From Candidatus Dormibacteria bacterium (lineage in GTDB: Bacteria > Chloroflexota > Dormibacteria > DASZGP01): DNA of 64,000 nucleotides. Of the stretch, positions 40,569-50,448 are shown one piece after another. The position numbers and the translations under genes were made by a program. Numbering within the stretch: position 1 is the stretch's first letter; every line of letters starts with the position of its first letter. The stretch lies in the NCBI GenBank assembly GCA_046262455.1, contig JBHEMS010000021.1, positions 38,429 to 102,428 of the forward strand. Direction: 5' to 3'. The notes below the pieces were generated by a model, which had not been told where the DNA came from, made no database searches, and saw only the letters and a program-made list of their open reading frames with translations.

Positions 40569-41845
40569 GCAAGCAGAAGAACGCCAAGAACGGCCGCCCG
40601 GAAAAGGATGAGGTCGACGGCCACGACAGCACCCCGCGGGTGGACGCCAGCCAGATCCAGTACCGGCAGAAGCCGCCGCACGAGGGCCGGCGCCGGGAGG
40701 AGTCAGCTTCGCGCGGCTCAACCAGCGGCACGGAGCAGGACGACGACGACACCGTAAACGGGGCCCAGCGACCGGGAGCGGCCCCCGGCGTCGGACCGAA
40801 GGCGGAGCCGACGGCGGGCTCCACCAACGGGCACAACCGGGTCGGGCTGGCGCGGGAGGCGTACAAGGGCGCCCAGACCACGCTCTGCGCCGGCTGCGGA
40901 CACAATGCCATCACCAACCACATCATCAAGGCCGTCTACGAGTACGGCGTCGAGCCCCACAAGCTGGCCAAGATGTCCGGGATCGGCTGCTCGTCCAAGG
41001 CCCCGGCGTACTTCGTCAGCCAGGCCCATGGGTTCAACAGCGTGCACGGCCGCATGCCGTCGGTGGCCACCGGTGCCAAGCTCGCCAACCGCGAGCTCGT
41101 GGCGATGGGAATCAGCGGCGACGGCGACACCGCGTCGATCGGCCTCGGGCAGTTCTGCCACCTGATCCGACGCAACGTCAACCTCGTGTACATCTGCGAG
41201 AACAACGGGGTGTACGGGCTGACCAAGGGCCAGTTCTCGGCCACCGCCGACGTCGGGTCTATCCAGAAGGGCGGCAAGCCGAATGAGTTCGAAACGATCG
41301 ACATCTGCGGCCTCGCGGTGGAGCTGGGCGCGTCGTTCGTGGCGCGCTCCTTCTCGGGCGACGGCAAGCAGCTGGTGCCGCTGATCAAGGCCGCACTCGC
41401 CCACCGCGGGACCGCCCTGCTGGACATCGTGAGCCCCTGTGTCACCTTCAACGACCACGAGGGCTCCACCAAGAGCTACAAGTACGTCAAGCAGCACGAT
41501 GTTGCCATCCAGGAGCTGGACTTCATCCCGTTTTACGAGAACATCGAGGCAGACTACGAACCGGGCACCTCGTCTGATGTCGTGCTCCATGACGGCTCCC
41601 ACCTCCACCTCCGCAAGCTCTCCGAGGAGGAACATGACCCCACCGACAGGATCGCGGCCCTGCGGGTCATCCACGAGGCGCGGCAGAGGGGTGAGGTCCT
41701 GACCGGCCTGCTCTACGTGCAGCCCGACGCCAAGGACCTGGCGACGCTGGAGAACATCCCCGCGAAGCCCCTGCGCGATTTCACCGAGAACGACCTGCGC
41801 CCCACCAAGGACGCGTTCGAGGCCCTGATGAAGGAGTACGCCTAA
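40565..41845 (+). CDS. korB: 2-oxoglutarate:ferredoxin oxidoreductase beta subunit (TPP-binding), with ~70-aa low-complexity K/E/D-rich N-terminal extension
   Basis: ...TLCAGCGHNAITNHIIKAV...GIGCSSKAPAYF...GISGDGDTASIGLGQFCHLIRRNVNLVYICENNGVYGLTKGQ...: TPP-binding motif. The ATG overlaps the korA stop (ATGA). The true start may be internal. Confidence 0.8.
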   Translation: MSKQKNAKNGRPEKDEVDGHDSTPRVDASQIQYRQKPPHEGRRREESASRGSTSGTEQDDDDTVNGAQRPGAAPGVGPKAEPTAGSTNGHNRVGLAREAYKGAQTTLCAGCGHNAITNHIIKAVYEYGVEPHKLAKMSGIGCSSKAPAYFVSQAHGFNSVHGRMPSVATGAKLANRELVAMGISGDGDTASIGLGQFCHLIRRNVNLVYICENNGVYGLTKGQFSATADVGSIQKGGKPNEFETIDICGLAVELGASFVARSFSGDGKQLVPLIKAALAHRGTALLDIVSPCVTFNDHEGSTKSYKYVKQHDVAIQELDFIPFYENIEADYEPGTSSDVVLHDGSHLHLRKLSEEEHDPTDRIAALRVIHEARQRGEVLTGLLYVQPDAKDLATLENIPAKPLRDFTENDLRPTKDAFEALMKEYA

Positions 41846-41877
41846 GCGCGCTTCACTTGAGCATGGCGTGAAGGTCC

Positions 41878-41965
41878 TGGTGCCGCCCAGAGGACTCGAA
41901 CCTCCACGAGCATAAGCTCACAACGCCCTGAACGTTGCGTGTCTACCAATTCCACCAGGGCGGCA
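41878..41965 (-). tRNA. tRNA-Leu (anticodon CAG)
   Basis: On the minus strand: GCCGCCC-UG-GUGG-AAUUGGUAGA-CACG-C-AACGU-UCAGGGC(sic loop U-U-C-A-G-G-G)-... with a 7-bp acceptor stem GCCGCCC/GGGCGGC, anticodon loop UUCAGGG (CAG), a long class-II variable arm (UGAGCUUAUGCUCGUGG), T-arm GGUUCGAGUCC, discriminator A and an encoded CCA. Confidence 0.85.
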
Positions 41966-42010
41966 CGTCGGGACAAATGATAGCGGCCCGGCCGCCCTCG
42001 GCCGGGCTGC

Positions 42011-43639
42011 TCAGAGCCTGTGCCGTGACAGCACGAACCACTCCTGGACAAGGTCGTAGCGTTGCCCGCCGGCGGGCAGACGGATCCCCTTGACCGAGTC
42101 CCGAGCGCCGACCAGCGCCTGGGCGCTGTAGAGGAACGCCGCGGAGTGGGAGTCGCGGATGAGACGCTGGGCGTCGACGTACGATGCCCTGCGAACCTTG
42201 AAGTCCGCGGTGCTGCGCCCGGTGTCCAGGTCCTTGTCCAGCGCATCACTGGCGAGCCCGGAGAAGTTGAACCCGCCGGGCCCGGCCTGGCTGGAGTGCC
42301 AGAACACGTACACGTCCGGGTCTGGACCGTTGTCCACCGCCGTCAGCGCCAGGTCGAACGCCAGGGTCGAGGACCTGGCAAGGGCGCTCTGCAGGAGGGT
42401 GACCAGGGCCTCCTGGGACCTGGGCTGGATCGTGACCTGGATGCCCACCCTGCGGATGTCCTGCTCGATGCGCGCGGCGACAGCGGTGTACGGAGGCGCG
42501 TCGACAGTGGCGAGGCGCAGCTGGAGGCGGCGCCCCTGTTTCACCCGGCCCTGCCCCTCCCGGCGCCAACCCGCGGCGTCGAGCTGACGCCCGGCGGCGG
42601 CGGGGTCGGCCCGCGCGGCACGCTGGGGCAGCGCCGCCCAGGCCACGGCCGGTGGAATCGGCGAGTCGTCGGGTATGGCGTACCCGCCCAGGGGCCCGTT
42701 GATCAGGGCGGGCCGGTCGATGCTCAGGCTGATCGCCTGGCGCACATGATCGTCCGCCAGGACGTCGTTCTTCTGGTTCATGAGCAGCTCGCTGTATGTG
42801 AAGGTGGTGCCGGCGACGACCCGGCGGTTGACCGCGCCGGCGACCTGCCGACCCTCCCGCCCGGTCATGCCGGCGAAGACCTCGACCTCGCCGGCGAGCA
42901 GGGCCTGGATGGCGCGACCCCGCGATTCGTAAAGCCGCAGTTCGAGGCCGTCCAGGTAGGGTCGCTCGAAGGCGTGCGGGTTCCGCTCGAGGACCAGACG
43001 ATCCCGCTCGACACGGGCAACCCGGAAAGGACCCGACGACGGGGCATCGGTGGCCTGCCGAAGGCTGGCGACGGGGCGGGGCCGCAGGGAGTGCTCGGGC
43101 AGCAGCCCCATGCTGGCCAGCGCCAAGAACGCCGGGCTGGACTGCGGCAGCGTGTAGGTCACGGTGAAGGCGTCCGGGGCCGTCGCGGCGATCCCCGCCC
43201 ACGCCTGGCCCGTGGCCGACTTGGCGTCGGCGTCGGACTGCAGGACGGAAAGGGTGTAGAGCGCGTCCGCCGACGTGATGGGCGCGCCGTCCGACCACCG
43301 GAGGTCCCGGCGCAGGTGGAACGTATAGGTCCTGGCCGCTGCGTCGACTGTCCAATCGCGGGCGAGCTCCCCGGTCGCCCTGGCATCAGGCCCGGTTCGG
43401 GTCAGTCCACGGAACAGCAGTGCCGAGAGGTCACGTGAGTTGGTCGTCTCGGCGAAGGGAGGTACCAGGCTCATGGGTCCATCCACGACCAGCGCCTCCC
43501 GCACCGTCCCGCCGCTGACCGGCTGGTCCGTGCCCATCCCGCCGAGGGCGACCACGCCCGCCACGAGGGCCAGGACGAGGACCAGGATCAGTGCGGCGAC
43601 GCCGCGAAAACCGACCCGGCGTTGCCGCCGGGGGGTCAT
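42011..43639 (-). CDS. ABC transporter substrate-binding protein, family 5 (peptide/nickel/opine-type), orphan
   Basis: 542 aa. N-terminal signal and TM anchor (VAALILVLVLALVAGVVALGG), then the SBP_bac_5-like fold. No adjacent permease or ATPase genes. Confidence 0.7.
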   Translation of the reverse strand: MTPRRQRRVGFRGVAALILVLVLALVAGVVALGGMGTDQPVSGGTVREALVVDGPMSLVPPFAETTNSRDLSALLFRGLTRTGPDARATGELARDWTVDAAARTYTFHLRRDLRWSDGAPITSADALYTLSVLQSDADAKSATGQAWAGIAATAPDAFTVTYTLPQSSPAFLALASMGLLPEHSLRPRPVASLRQATDAPSSGPFRVARVERDRLVLERNPHAFERPYLDGLELRLYESRGRAIQALLAGEVEVFAGMTGREGRQVAGAVNRRVVAGTTFTYSELLMNQKNDVLADDHVRQAISLSIDRPALINGPLGGYAIPDDSPIPPAVAWAALPQRAARADPAAAGRQLDAAGWRREGQGRVKQGRRLQLRLATVDAPPYTAVAARIEQDIRRVGIQVTIQPRSQEALVTLLQSALARSSTLAFDLALTAVDNGPDPDVYVFWHSSQAGPGGFNFSGLASDALDKDLDTGRSTADFKVRRASYVDAQRLIRDSHSAAFLYSAQALVGARDSVKGIRLPAGGQRYDLVQEWFVLSRHRL

Positions 43640-43863
43640 GCCACTTTTACGTTGGCGACCGAAAGGAGAACGAAGATGATGCTCAGGCCGCAGGTGATCT
43701 GGAAGAGTGACTTCTCCACCCCGCGCTTGGTGCGGTACCCGCCGCCGCCGTCTCCCCCGCCACCGCCGATGGTTCCGCCGAGACCGGTACTGGACCGTGG
43801 GGTCTGCAGCAGCACCCCAAGGATGAGCAGCCCGGCGGTGATCACCTCCAGGACCTGCAGGAC
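43636..43863 (-). CDS. secG: Preprotein translocase subunit SecG
   Basis: VLQVLEVITAGLLILGVLLQTPRSSTGLGGTIGGGGG...SLFQITCGLSIIFVLLSV: two TM helices flanking a Gly-rich loop, in the SecG pattern. Conserved actinobacterial position after tpi. The upstream start in the ORF track (43941) adds a non-conserved extension. Confidence 0.75.
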   Translation of the reverse strand, partial: VLQVLEVITAGLLILGVLLQTPRSSTGLGGTIGGGGGDGGGGYRTKRGVEKSLFQITCGLSIIFVLLSVANVKVA

Positions 43864-44003
43864 GCCCTTGAGCGGGAATCCGCGGCCCACAAAAGCGGCC
43901 GCCACGACCTGACCGACCGCGGCCACCGTGATGCTGTCCATCGGCTGCAGGTTACCAGACGCCGGTTCGAATTAAGCTTTCACAATACTGCTATCCTGTA
44001 TCA

Positions 44004-45029
44004 ATGCGGCTCTCTGGGATGGTGCTGATCGCGGTCCTCCTTGGCGGCTGCGGGGCCAACGCCAGGGAGTCGCTGGAGGTCCCCGCCGCTCCTGTCCCAG
44101 AGACGGCCCTGGCCCAGGTCGGGACCGACGACGTCCAGGTGTTCACCAACGGCACAGCGGCCACTTCGGCGCTGGTCGCTGCGGTGTCCGGGGCGAGGCG
44201 CACGGTCGACGCCGAGATCTACGAGTTCGACCGTCCGGAGCTCGTCAACGCCATGTTGAGCGCAACGCGTCGGGGGGTCGCGGTAAGACTGCTGGGTGAT
44301 CCGACCGTCGCCGTCACGGTGGCGACGCTGCGGCGGCTGTCGGCGGCGGGCGCGGTGGCGACGTTCTTCCCGGTGGGGCCGCGCCAGATCGACCATGTGA
44401 AACTGCTCGCGGTGGATGGAAATGAGGCCTTCTTCGGCGGCGTCAACTGGGGGGCTCGCTCGTACCGCAACCAGGACTACGAAGTGCGGCTCGTGGGGCC
44501 GGCGGTCAGCAGGCTGGAGCATATCTTCGCCGCCGATCTGCGGCGCGCAGGCCTACCTGCCCGGGGTCTTCCGACCCAGCCCGCGACCGCGGGGGAGCCC
44601 CAGGTGATGACGACGTTCCCCGACGACGAGATCGGTCGAGCGGTGGTGAGCATGGTGCGGGCGGCGCGCAGGCGGCTTCACATCGAGATGTTCGTCCTAA
44701 CAGACACCGAGGTGATGGCGGCGCTTGTGGATGCCGCCCGTCGTCGGGTCGACGTGCGGATCCTCCTGGACCCCTCCCAGGACCTCAACCAGGCCGCCGC
44801 CGCCCGGCTGCGCGCCGCCGGCGCGCGTTGTCGCTTCTATCGATCGCAGGGGGAGAAGCTGCACGCCAAGGCGGCGGTCATGGACGGCGACCACCTGCTC
44901 TTTGGTTCGGCCAACTGGACAGCCTCGGGCCTCCACCACAACCACGAGCTGGACATCCAACTGGTTCAGCCCGAGCTGGCGGCGGCAGTGAACGCCCGCA
45001 TGGACGCCGACTGGCGAGCGGCAGTTTAG
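44004..45029 (+). CDS. Phospholipase D-family lipoprotein (two HKD motifs)
   Basis: MRLSGMVLIAVLLGGCGANA: lipobox. Two HxKxxxxD motifs, HVKLLAVDGNEAFFGGVNWG and HAKAAVMDGDHLLFGSANWT. Confidence 0.75.
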   Translation: MRLSGMVLIAVLLGGCGANARESLEVPAAPVPETALAQVGTDDVQVFTNGTAATSALVAAVSGARRTVDAEIYEFDRPELVNAMLSATRRGVAVRLLGDPTVAVTVATLRRLSAAGAVATFFPVGPRQIDHVKLLAVDGNEAFFGGVNWGARSYRNQDYEVRLVGPAVSRLEHIFAADLRRAGLPARGLPTQPATAGEPQVMTTFPDDEIGRAVVSMVRAARRRLHIEMFVLTDTEVMAALVDAARRRVDVRILLDPSQDLNQAAAARLRAAGARCRFYRSQGEKLHAKAAVMDGDHLLFGSANWTASGLHHNHELDIQLVQPELAAAVNARMDADWRAAV

Positions 45030-45044
45030 CCGGGACCTCCCGGC

Positions 45045-45515
45045 TCATGCCTGGGTGGCCCTGAAGGCCTCCCGCTCCTCGAGTCGCGACCTGGTGTCGT
45101 CACCAAGTAGGTAGGCAAGAACGATCAGGAAGAGGAATCCCAGCCCGAGCTCGCCCAGGGCTCCCAGCGGGTCTACGCTGCCGCCCACCCGCACCCCGAG
45201 CCCGGGTGCCAGGTACACGAAGAGGTAGTAGGCGCGCAGGCAGATCTCGGCTATGGCGTAGGCCAGGGCTAGCTGCCACGCCCAGCGCCGCAGCGCGAGA
45301 AGCCAGAGTGAAGCCACGAAACCGCCAAGGTTGAGGGCGAAGAGCAGGAGCGGGCCCGGGGCCAGCGTGAAGCGGCCAAAGATGAACCCGATCAGGTATG
45401 CGCCGTGCCGCGAGATGGACACCACGGAGACCAGGCCGAGGAACAGCGCGGCGCCGATCAGTTCCTGCTGGGGGACCGGCGCACCCTCAGGCGGGGTCGA
45501 GTTGCCGTACGCCAA
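45045..45515 (-). CDS. Small integral membrane protein of unknown function
   Basis: 156 aa with 4 predicted TM helices. Immediately downstream of tpiA. Confidence 0.45.
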   Translation of the reverse strand: MAYGNSTPPEGAPVPQQELIGAALFLGLVSVVSISRHGAYLIGFIFGRFTLAPGPLLLFALNLGGFVASLWLLALRRWAWQLALAYAIAEICLRAYYLFVYLAPGLGVRVGGSVDPLGALGELGLGFLFLIVLAYLLGDDTRSRLEEREAFRATQA

Positions 45516-45527
45516 GCCGGGCTCCGG

Positions 45528-46298
45528 TCAGCCCGTGACCGGGGCGGCGGCGCTGATGATGCGCAGGAAGTCGTCTGCGACCAGGCTGGCCCCGCCGATC
45601 AGGCCGCCGTCGATGTTCGGCTGCTGCAGCAGCTCGGCGGCGTTGCCCGCGTTCATCGACCCCCCGTAGAGGACCCGGACGGCGTCGGCGACGGCGGTGC
45701 CCAGGGCTTCCGCGACCAGCATCCGGATCAGTCCGCAGCTGTGCTCGGCGTGTTCCGGGGTCGCCGTCCTACCGGTGCCGATGGCCCAGAGCGGCTCGTA
45801 GGCCAGCACAACCTCCAGTCCCTGCTCCTCGTCCAGGCCCGCCAGGGCGGCGGGCACCTGGCGGCCGAGGACCGCCTCGGTCTGTCCCGCCACGTTCTCC
45901 TCCAGGCTCTCGCCCACGGCGACGATCGGGCGCAGGCCGTGGGCCAGTGCCGCATGCACCTTGCGATTCACGGTCTCGTCGGTCTCACCAAACATCTGGC
46001 GCCGCTCCGAGTGCCCTATCAGCGCGTAGCGGCACCATCCCGCGATCATCAGCGGGGAGATCTCGCCGGTGAAAGCCCCCCTGTCCTCCCAGTGCATGTC
46101 CTGTGCGCCGAGGACCACACCGGCGTCGGTGATCCCGGAACTTGACACCGGCCAGAGGCTCGTGAACGGCGGCAGAAGCGCGACCTCGACCGCGTCCAGG
46201 CGCGGCAGACCCTGCTGGATCTGGAGGGCCAGTTCCAGGGACTCGGGAACGGTCTTGTTCATCTTCCAGTTCCCGGCGATCAGTGGGATTCGGCTCAA
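45528..46298 (-). CDS. tpiA: Triosephosphate isomerase
   Basis: MSRIPLIAGNWKMNKT...IGHSERR...AYEPLWAIGTG...: catalytic Lys, His and Glu motifs. Confidence 0.93.
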   Translation of the reverse strand: MSRIPLIAGNWKMNKTVPESLELALQIQQGLPRLDAVEVALLPPFTSLWPVSSSGITDAGVVLGAQDMHWEDRGAFTGEISPLMIAGWCRYALIGHSERRQMFGETDETVNRKVHAALAHGLRPIVAVGESLEENVAGQTEAVLGRQVPAALAGLDEEQGLEVVLAYEPLWAIGTGRTATPEHAEHSCGLIRMLVAEALGTAVADAVRVLYGGSMNAGNAAELLQQPNIDGGLIGGASLVADDFLRIISAAAPVTG

Positions 46299-47473
46299 CC
46301 TCGTTCCTCCAGTGCGTTGATGCCCGGGAGCTCACGGCCCTCGAGGAACTCCAGCGTCGCTCCTCCCCCGGTGGACACGTGCGTGATCTTGTCCTCCAGG
46401 CCCAGAGTCGACAGCGCCGCGGCGAGATCACCGCCGCCGACAACGCTGATCGCCTTGCTTTCCGCCACGGCCCTGGCGACCCCCTCCGTGCCGTGCCGGA
46501 AGGGCTCCATCTCGTATACGCCGAGGGGCCCGTTCCAGACCACCGTGCCGGCGTCCCTGACGGCGGACGCGAACTCCTCGACTGTCCGCGGGCCCACATC
46601 GAGCATCATCCAGCCGGCCGTGATGCTGGTGGCGTCGACGACACGGAGGTTGGCGTCCTCCGCGAACGCGTCCGCGACCACGGCGTCGACGGGCAGGATG
46701 ATGCGGTCGCCCGCCTCCTCCAGCAGCCTCCGGGCAATGTCAAGCTGGTCCTCCTCCACCTTGCTGGCGCCCACGTCAGCGCCCCGGGCTTTGAGCAGGG
46801 TGCAGGCCATGGCGCCGCCAACCAGCATCCTCGCGACACGCGGCAGGAGATGCTCCATCACGCCAATCTTGCTGGAGATCTTGGCCCCCCCCACGATCGC
46901 CACCAATGGCTCGCGGGGGTCCGTGAGCACGCTCCCCAGCACCTCGACCTCGCGCTGCATGAGCAGCCCTGCCGCGGCGGGGAGCAGATGCGCCACCCCC
47001 TCGGTCGAGGCGTGGGCGCGGTGCGCCGCGCCAAAGGCGTCGTTGACATACACGTCGGCGAGGGCTGACAAACGCCGCGCGAAATCGGGGTCATTGGCCT
47101 CCTCGCCGGCCTCAAAACGAACGTTTTCGAGCAACAGGACCTCCGCCGGCGTGAGGGTTTCAGCCGCCGCGGTGACTGCGTCCCCGACGACCCCGGGCGC
47201 CACCTTCACCGGGACGCCCAGCAACTCCTGCAGGCGCGCCGCCAGCGGCGCCACGCGCAGGGCGTCCACGACCTTTCCCTGGGGGCGACCCCTGTGGGTC
47301 ACCACGATAACCGCGGCCCCCGCGTCAAGCAGGCGCCGGAGGGTGGGCACGCTCTCCCGGATCCGGGCGTCATCGACTATCCGACCGTCCTCGATCGGGA
47401 CGTTGAAGTCGACTCGAAGCAGGACGCGCCGGCCCCTGACCTCGAGGTCGTCGAGAGTCCTCAGTCGGCCCAT
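46295..47473 (-). CDS. pgk: Phosphoglycerate kinase
   Basis: ...LLRVDFNVPIEDGRIVDDARI...GGGA... Overlaps the tpiA start by 4 nt. Confidence 0.93.
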   Translation of the reverse strand: MGRLRTLDDLEVRGRRVLLRVDFNVPIEDGRIVDDARIRESVPTLRRLLDAGAAVIVVTHRGRPQGKVVDALRVAPLAARLQELLGVPVKVAPGVVGDAVTAAAETLTPAEVLLLENVRFEAGEEANDPDFARRLSALADVYVNDAFGAAHRAHASTEGVAHLLPAAAGLLMQREVEVLGSVLTDPREPLVAIVGGAKISSKIGVMEHLLPRVARMLVGGAMACTLLKARGADVGASKVEEDQLDIARRLLEEAGDRIILPVDAVVADAFAEDANLRVVDATSITAGWMMLDVGPRTVEEFASAVRDAGTVVWNGPLGVYEMEPFRHGTEGVARAVAESKAISVVGGGDLAAALSTLGLEDKITHVSTGGGATLEFLEGRELPGINALEERG

Positions 47474-47483
47474 CAGGCCAGGC

Positions 47484-48584
<1,101 letters not shown>

Positions 48585-49505
48585 CTAATCTACCAGACCA
48601 AGCTCGGCCGCCAGCGCCAGCATTCGTCGCAGTCGAGCGTTGGTTGCAGACTTGCTCAGGCGCAGCCGGGAGGCCAGTGTCGCCAGGCTGGCCGAGGGCC
48701 TGGCGATGCGCGCCTGGGCCACCTCGCGGATGGCCTGCGGCTGCGCCTCGAGCAGGCCGGAGCGGACCAGGCCGCGGGCGACTCCGGCCTGTCGCAGACC
48801 GGTGGCCACGCTGCGACGGAGGTTTGCGGTCTCGGAGTTCGCGGCACGATTGGCGTGGGCGCGCAGGTCCCGCAGGATGCGCTCGTTCTCGAAGCGCAGC
48901 ACGGCCTGGCTCGCGCCCATCGCCTGGAGCAGCAGGGTTGCGTCGTCCGACCCTTTGACGTAGACCAGCCAGCGCGGCCCCTTGCGCCGCACCCGCGGCC
49001 GAACATCGAGGCCGATGAGAACGGCGGCGACGTGTCGCGCGCCTGACTGTGCCGCAAGCCGAAACTCCAGGTGAGTCCCGGCGGGGCCGATGCTCACGTC
49101 CCCAGCGGTCATGAACGCGGCGCGCAAAAAGGCCCGCCGGCAACACTGGCGGGAGGGCGCGGCCGGGGGCAGCGCCGGCGCCGGTCGAAGGGTCACAGCG
49201 TAGGTGGGACGCACATGCGTCGGCCCGCGCTGGAAATGACCGTCCTCGTGGATGGCTCCGTCACGGGTGAGCCGCACAAGCTTGCGCGCCACCGCGCTGC
49301 TGGTGAGAAGAAACGTTAGCCCGCCGGAGGCGTCACCGCCAGGGTCGTGGGTCCGGGCGGCGGCCAGGATCCCTGCCACCTCCGCGGCCTGGCAGCAGGC
49401 CCGCGACGGAAACTGCAGCGCCAGTTCGTGCCGCACGTCTGAAGCGAAAGTTGGCGGCCGCTGGGGCCTCCCGGCGAGGTTCCTGGAGGAATTCGGCACA
49501 GGCAA
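48585..49505 (-). CDS. whiA: DNA-binding regulator WhiA
   Basis: N-terminal ...SDVRHELALQFPSRACCQAAEVAGILAAAR... (LAGLIDADG-like domain) and a C-terminal HTH ...ASLATLASRLRLSKSATNARLRRMLALAAELG.... Conserved position upstream of gap-pgk-tpi, as in Actinobacteria. Confidence 0.82.
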   Translation of the reverse strand: MPVPNSSRNLAGRPQRPPTFASDVRHELALQFPSRACCQAAEVAGILAAARTHDPGGDASGGLTFLLTSSAVARKLVRLTRDGAIHEDGHFQRGPTHVRPTYAVTLRPAPALPPAAPSRQCCRRAFLRAAFMTAGDVSIGPAGTHLEFRLAAQSGARHVAAVLIGLDVRPRVRRKGPRWLVYVKGSDDATLLLQAMGASQAVLRFENERILRDLRAHANRAANSETANLRRSVATGLRQAGVARGLVRSGLLEAQPQAIREVAQARIARPSASLATLASRLRLSKSATNARLRRMLALAAELGLVD

Positions 49506-49575
49506 CGCGGAGTTTAGCCGGGATCCACCGAGCCCGGCTTAGTGGACCCGGGTACCCTCCGTATACTCCCTCGCG

Positions 49576-50448
49576 ATGCAGCCGTGTAACCTGCCGAGCT
49601 GCCTGAAACTCGGCGTCGACCCGGTCGCCTTTCACCTCGGCCCCCTCGCCCTCTACTGGTATGGGCTGCTGGTCGCCGCCGGGTTCGTCCTGGCCATCCG
49701 GGTGGCCGGCCGCGAGGCCGAGCGGAAGGGGCTCGACCCGGACCAGTTGCTGTCGGCCGCCCTGGTCGCGGCGCTCTTCGGACTCCTCCTCGCCCGCGTC
49801 GTCTACGTCCTCCAGACCAACCCTGGCGCCTACCTTGATCCCAAGCAGCTGGCGGGCGCGCTCTCCCTGTGGCAGGGTGGGTTGTCTTTCTACGGCGGGC
49901 TCTTTGGTGGCGTCCTCGGCACCTGGCTGTACACCGCCCGGAATAACCTACCCACCCTGCGCTTCCTCGACGTCGCCGCGGTCGGGGCCCCCATCGGGCA
50001 GGCGATCGGCCGCCTCGGCAACGTCGTCAACGGCGACCTGACCGGCCTCCGCACCTCCGGAGCCGGGGTCGAGTACACCAACGGCTCGAACTTACTGGTG
50101 CCGCCGTCGGCGCTCGGCCGGCCACAGCACCCGGTGGCGATCTACGACGCGGCGTTCGAACTCATCCTGTTCGGCGCGCTCCTCCTCGTCTGGCGGCGCC
50201 GGCCACTGCGCACCGGCCAACTGGCGGGCCTGTACCTCGTGGGGTGGGCGGCGGGGCAGCTCTTCATCCAGGCCTGGCGCGATCTCCCGGCCGTCTTCGC
50301 CGGCCTCAAGGTCACGCAGCTCACCGCTCTCCCGGTGATCGCCGTCGGCCTGTACCTCTTTCTGAGCGCCCGCGGGGTAGCAGAGAGCCCGGACCCCACG
50401 CCCTCGCATGCCGCGGCCCCGGAGGGCCGACTTACACCTGCTCCTTGA
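49576..50448 (+). CDS. lgt: Prolipoprotein diacylglyceryl transferase
   Basis: ...PVAFHLGPLALYWYGLLVA...GAPIGQAIGRLGNVVNGDL...: Lgt signature G-R-x-G-N. Its 3' end overlaps the uvrC 3' end (convergent). Confidence 0.88.
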   Translation: MQPCNLPSCLKLGVDPVAFHLGPLALYWYGLLVAAGFVLAIRVAGREAERKGLDPDQLLSAALVAALFGLLLARVVYVLQTNPGAYLDPKQLAGALSLWQGGLSFYGGLFGGVLGTWLYTARNNLPTLRFLDVAAVGAPIGQAIGRLGNVVNGDLTGLRTSGAGVEYTNGSNLLVPPSALGRPQHPVAIYDAAFELILFGALLLVWRRRPLRTGQLAGLYLVGWAAGQLFIQAWRDLPAVFAGLKVTQLTALPVIAVGLYLFLSARGVAESPDPTPSHAAAPEGRLTPAP

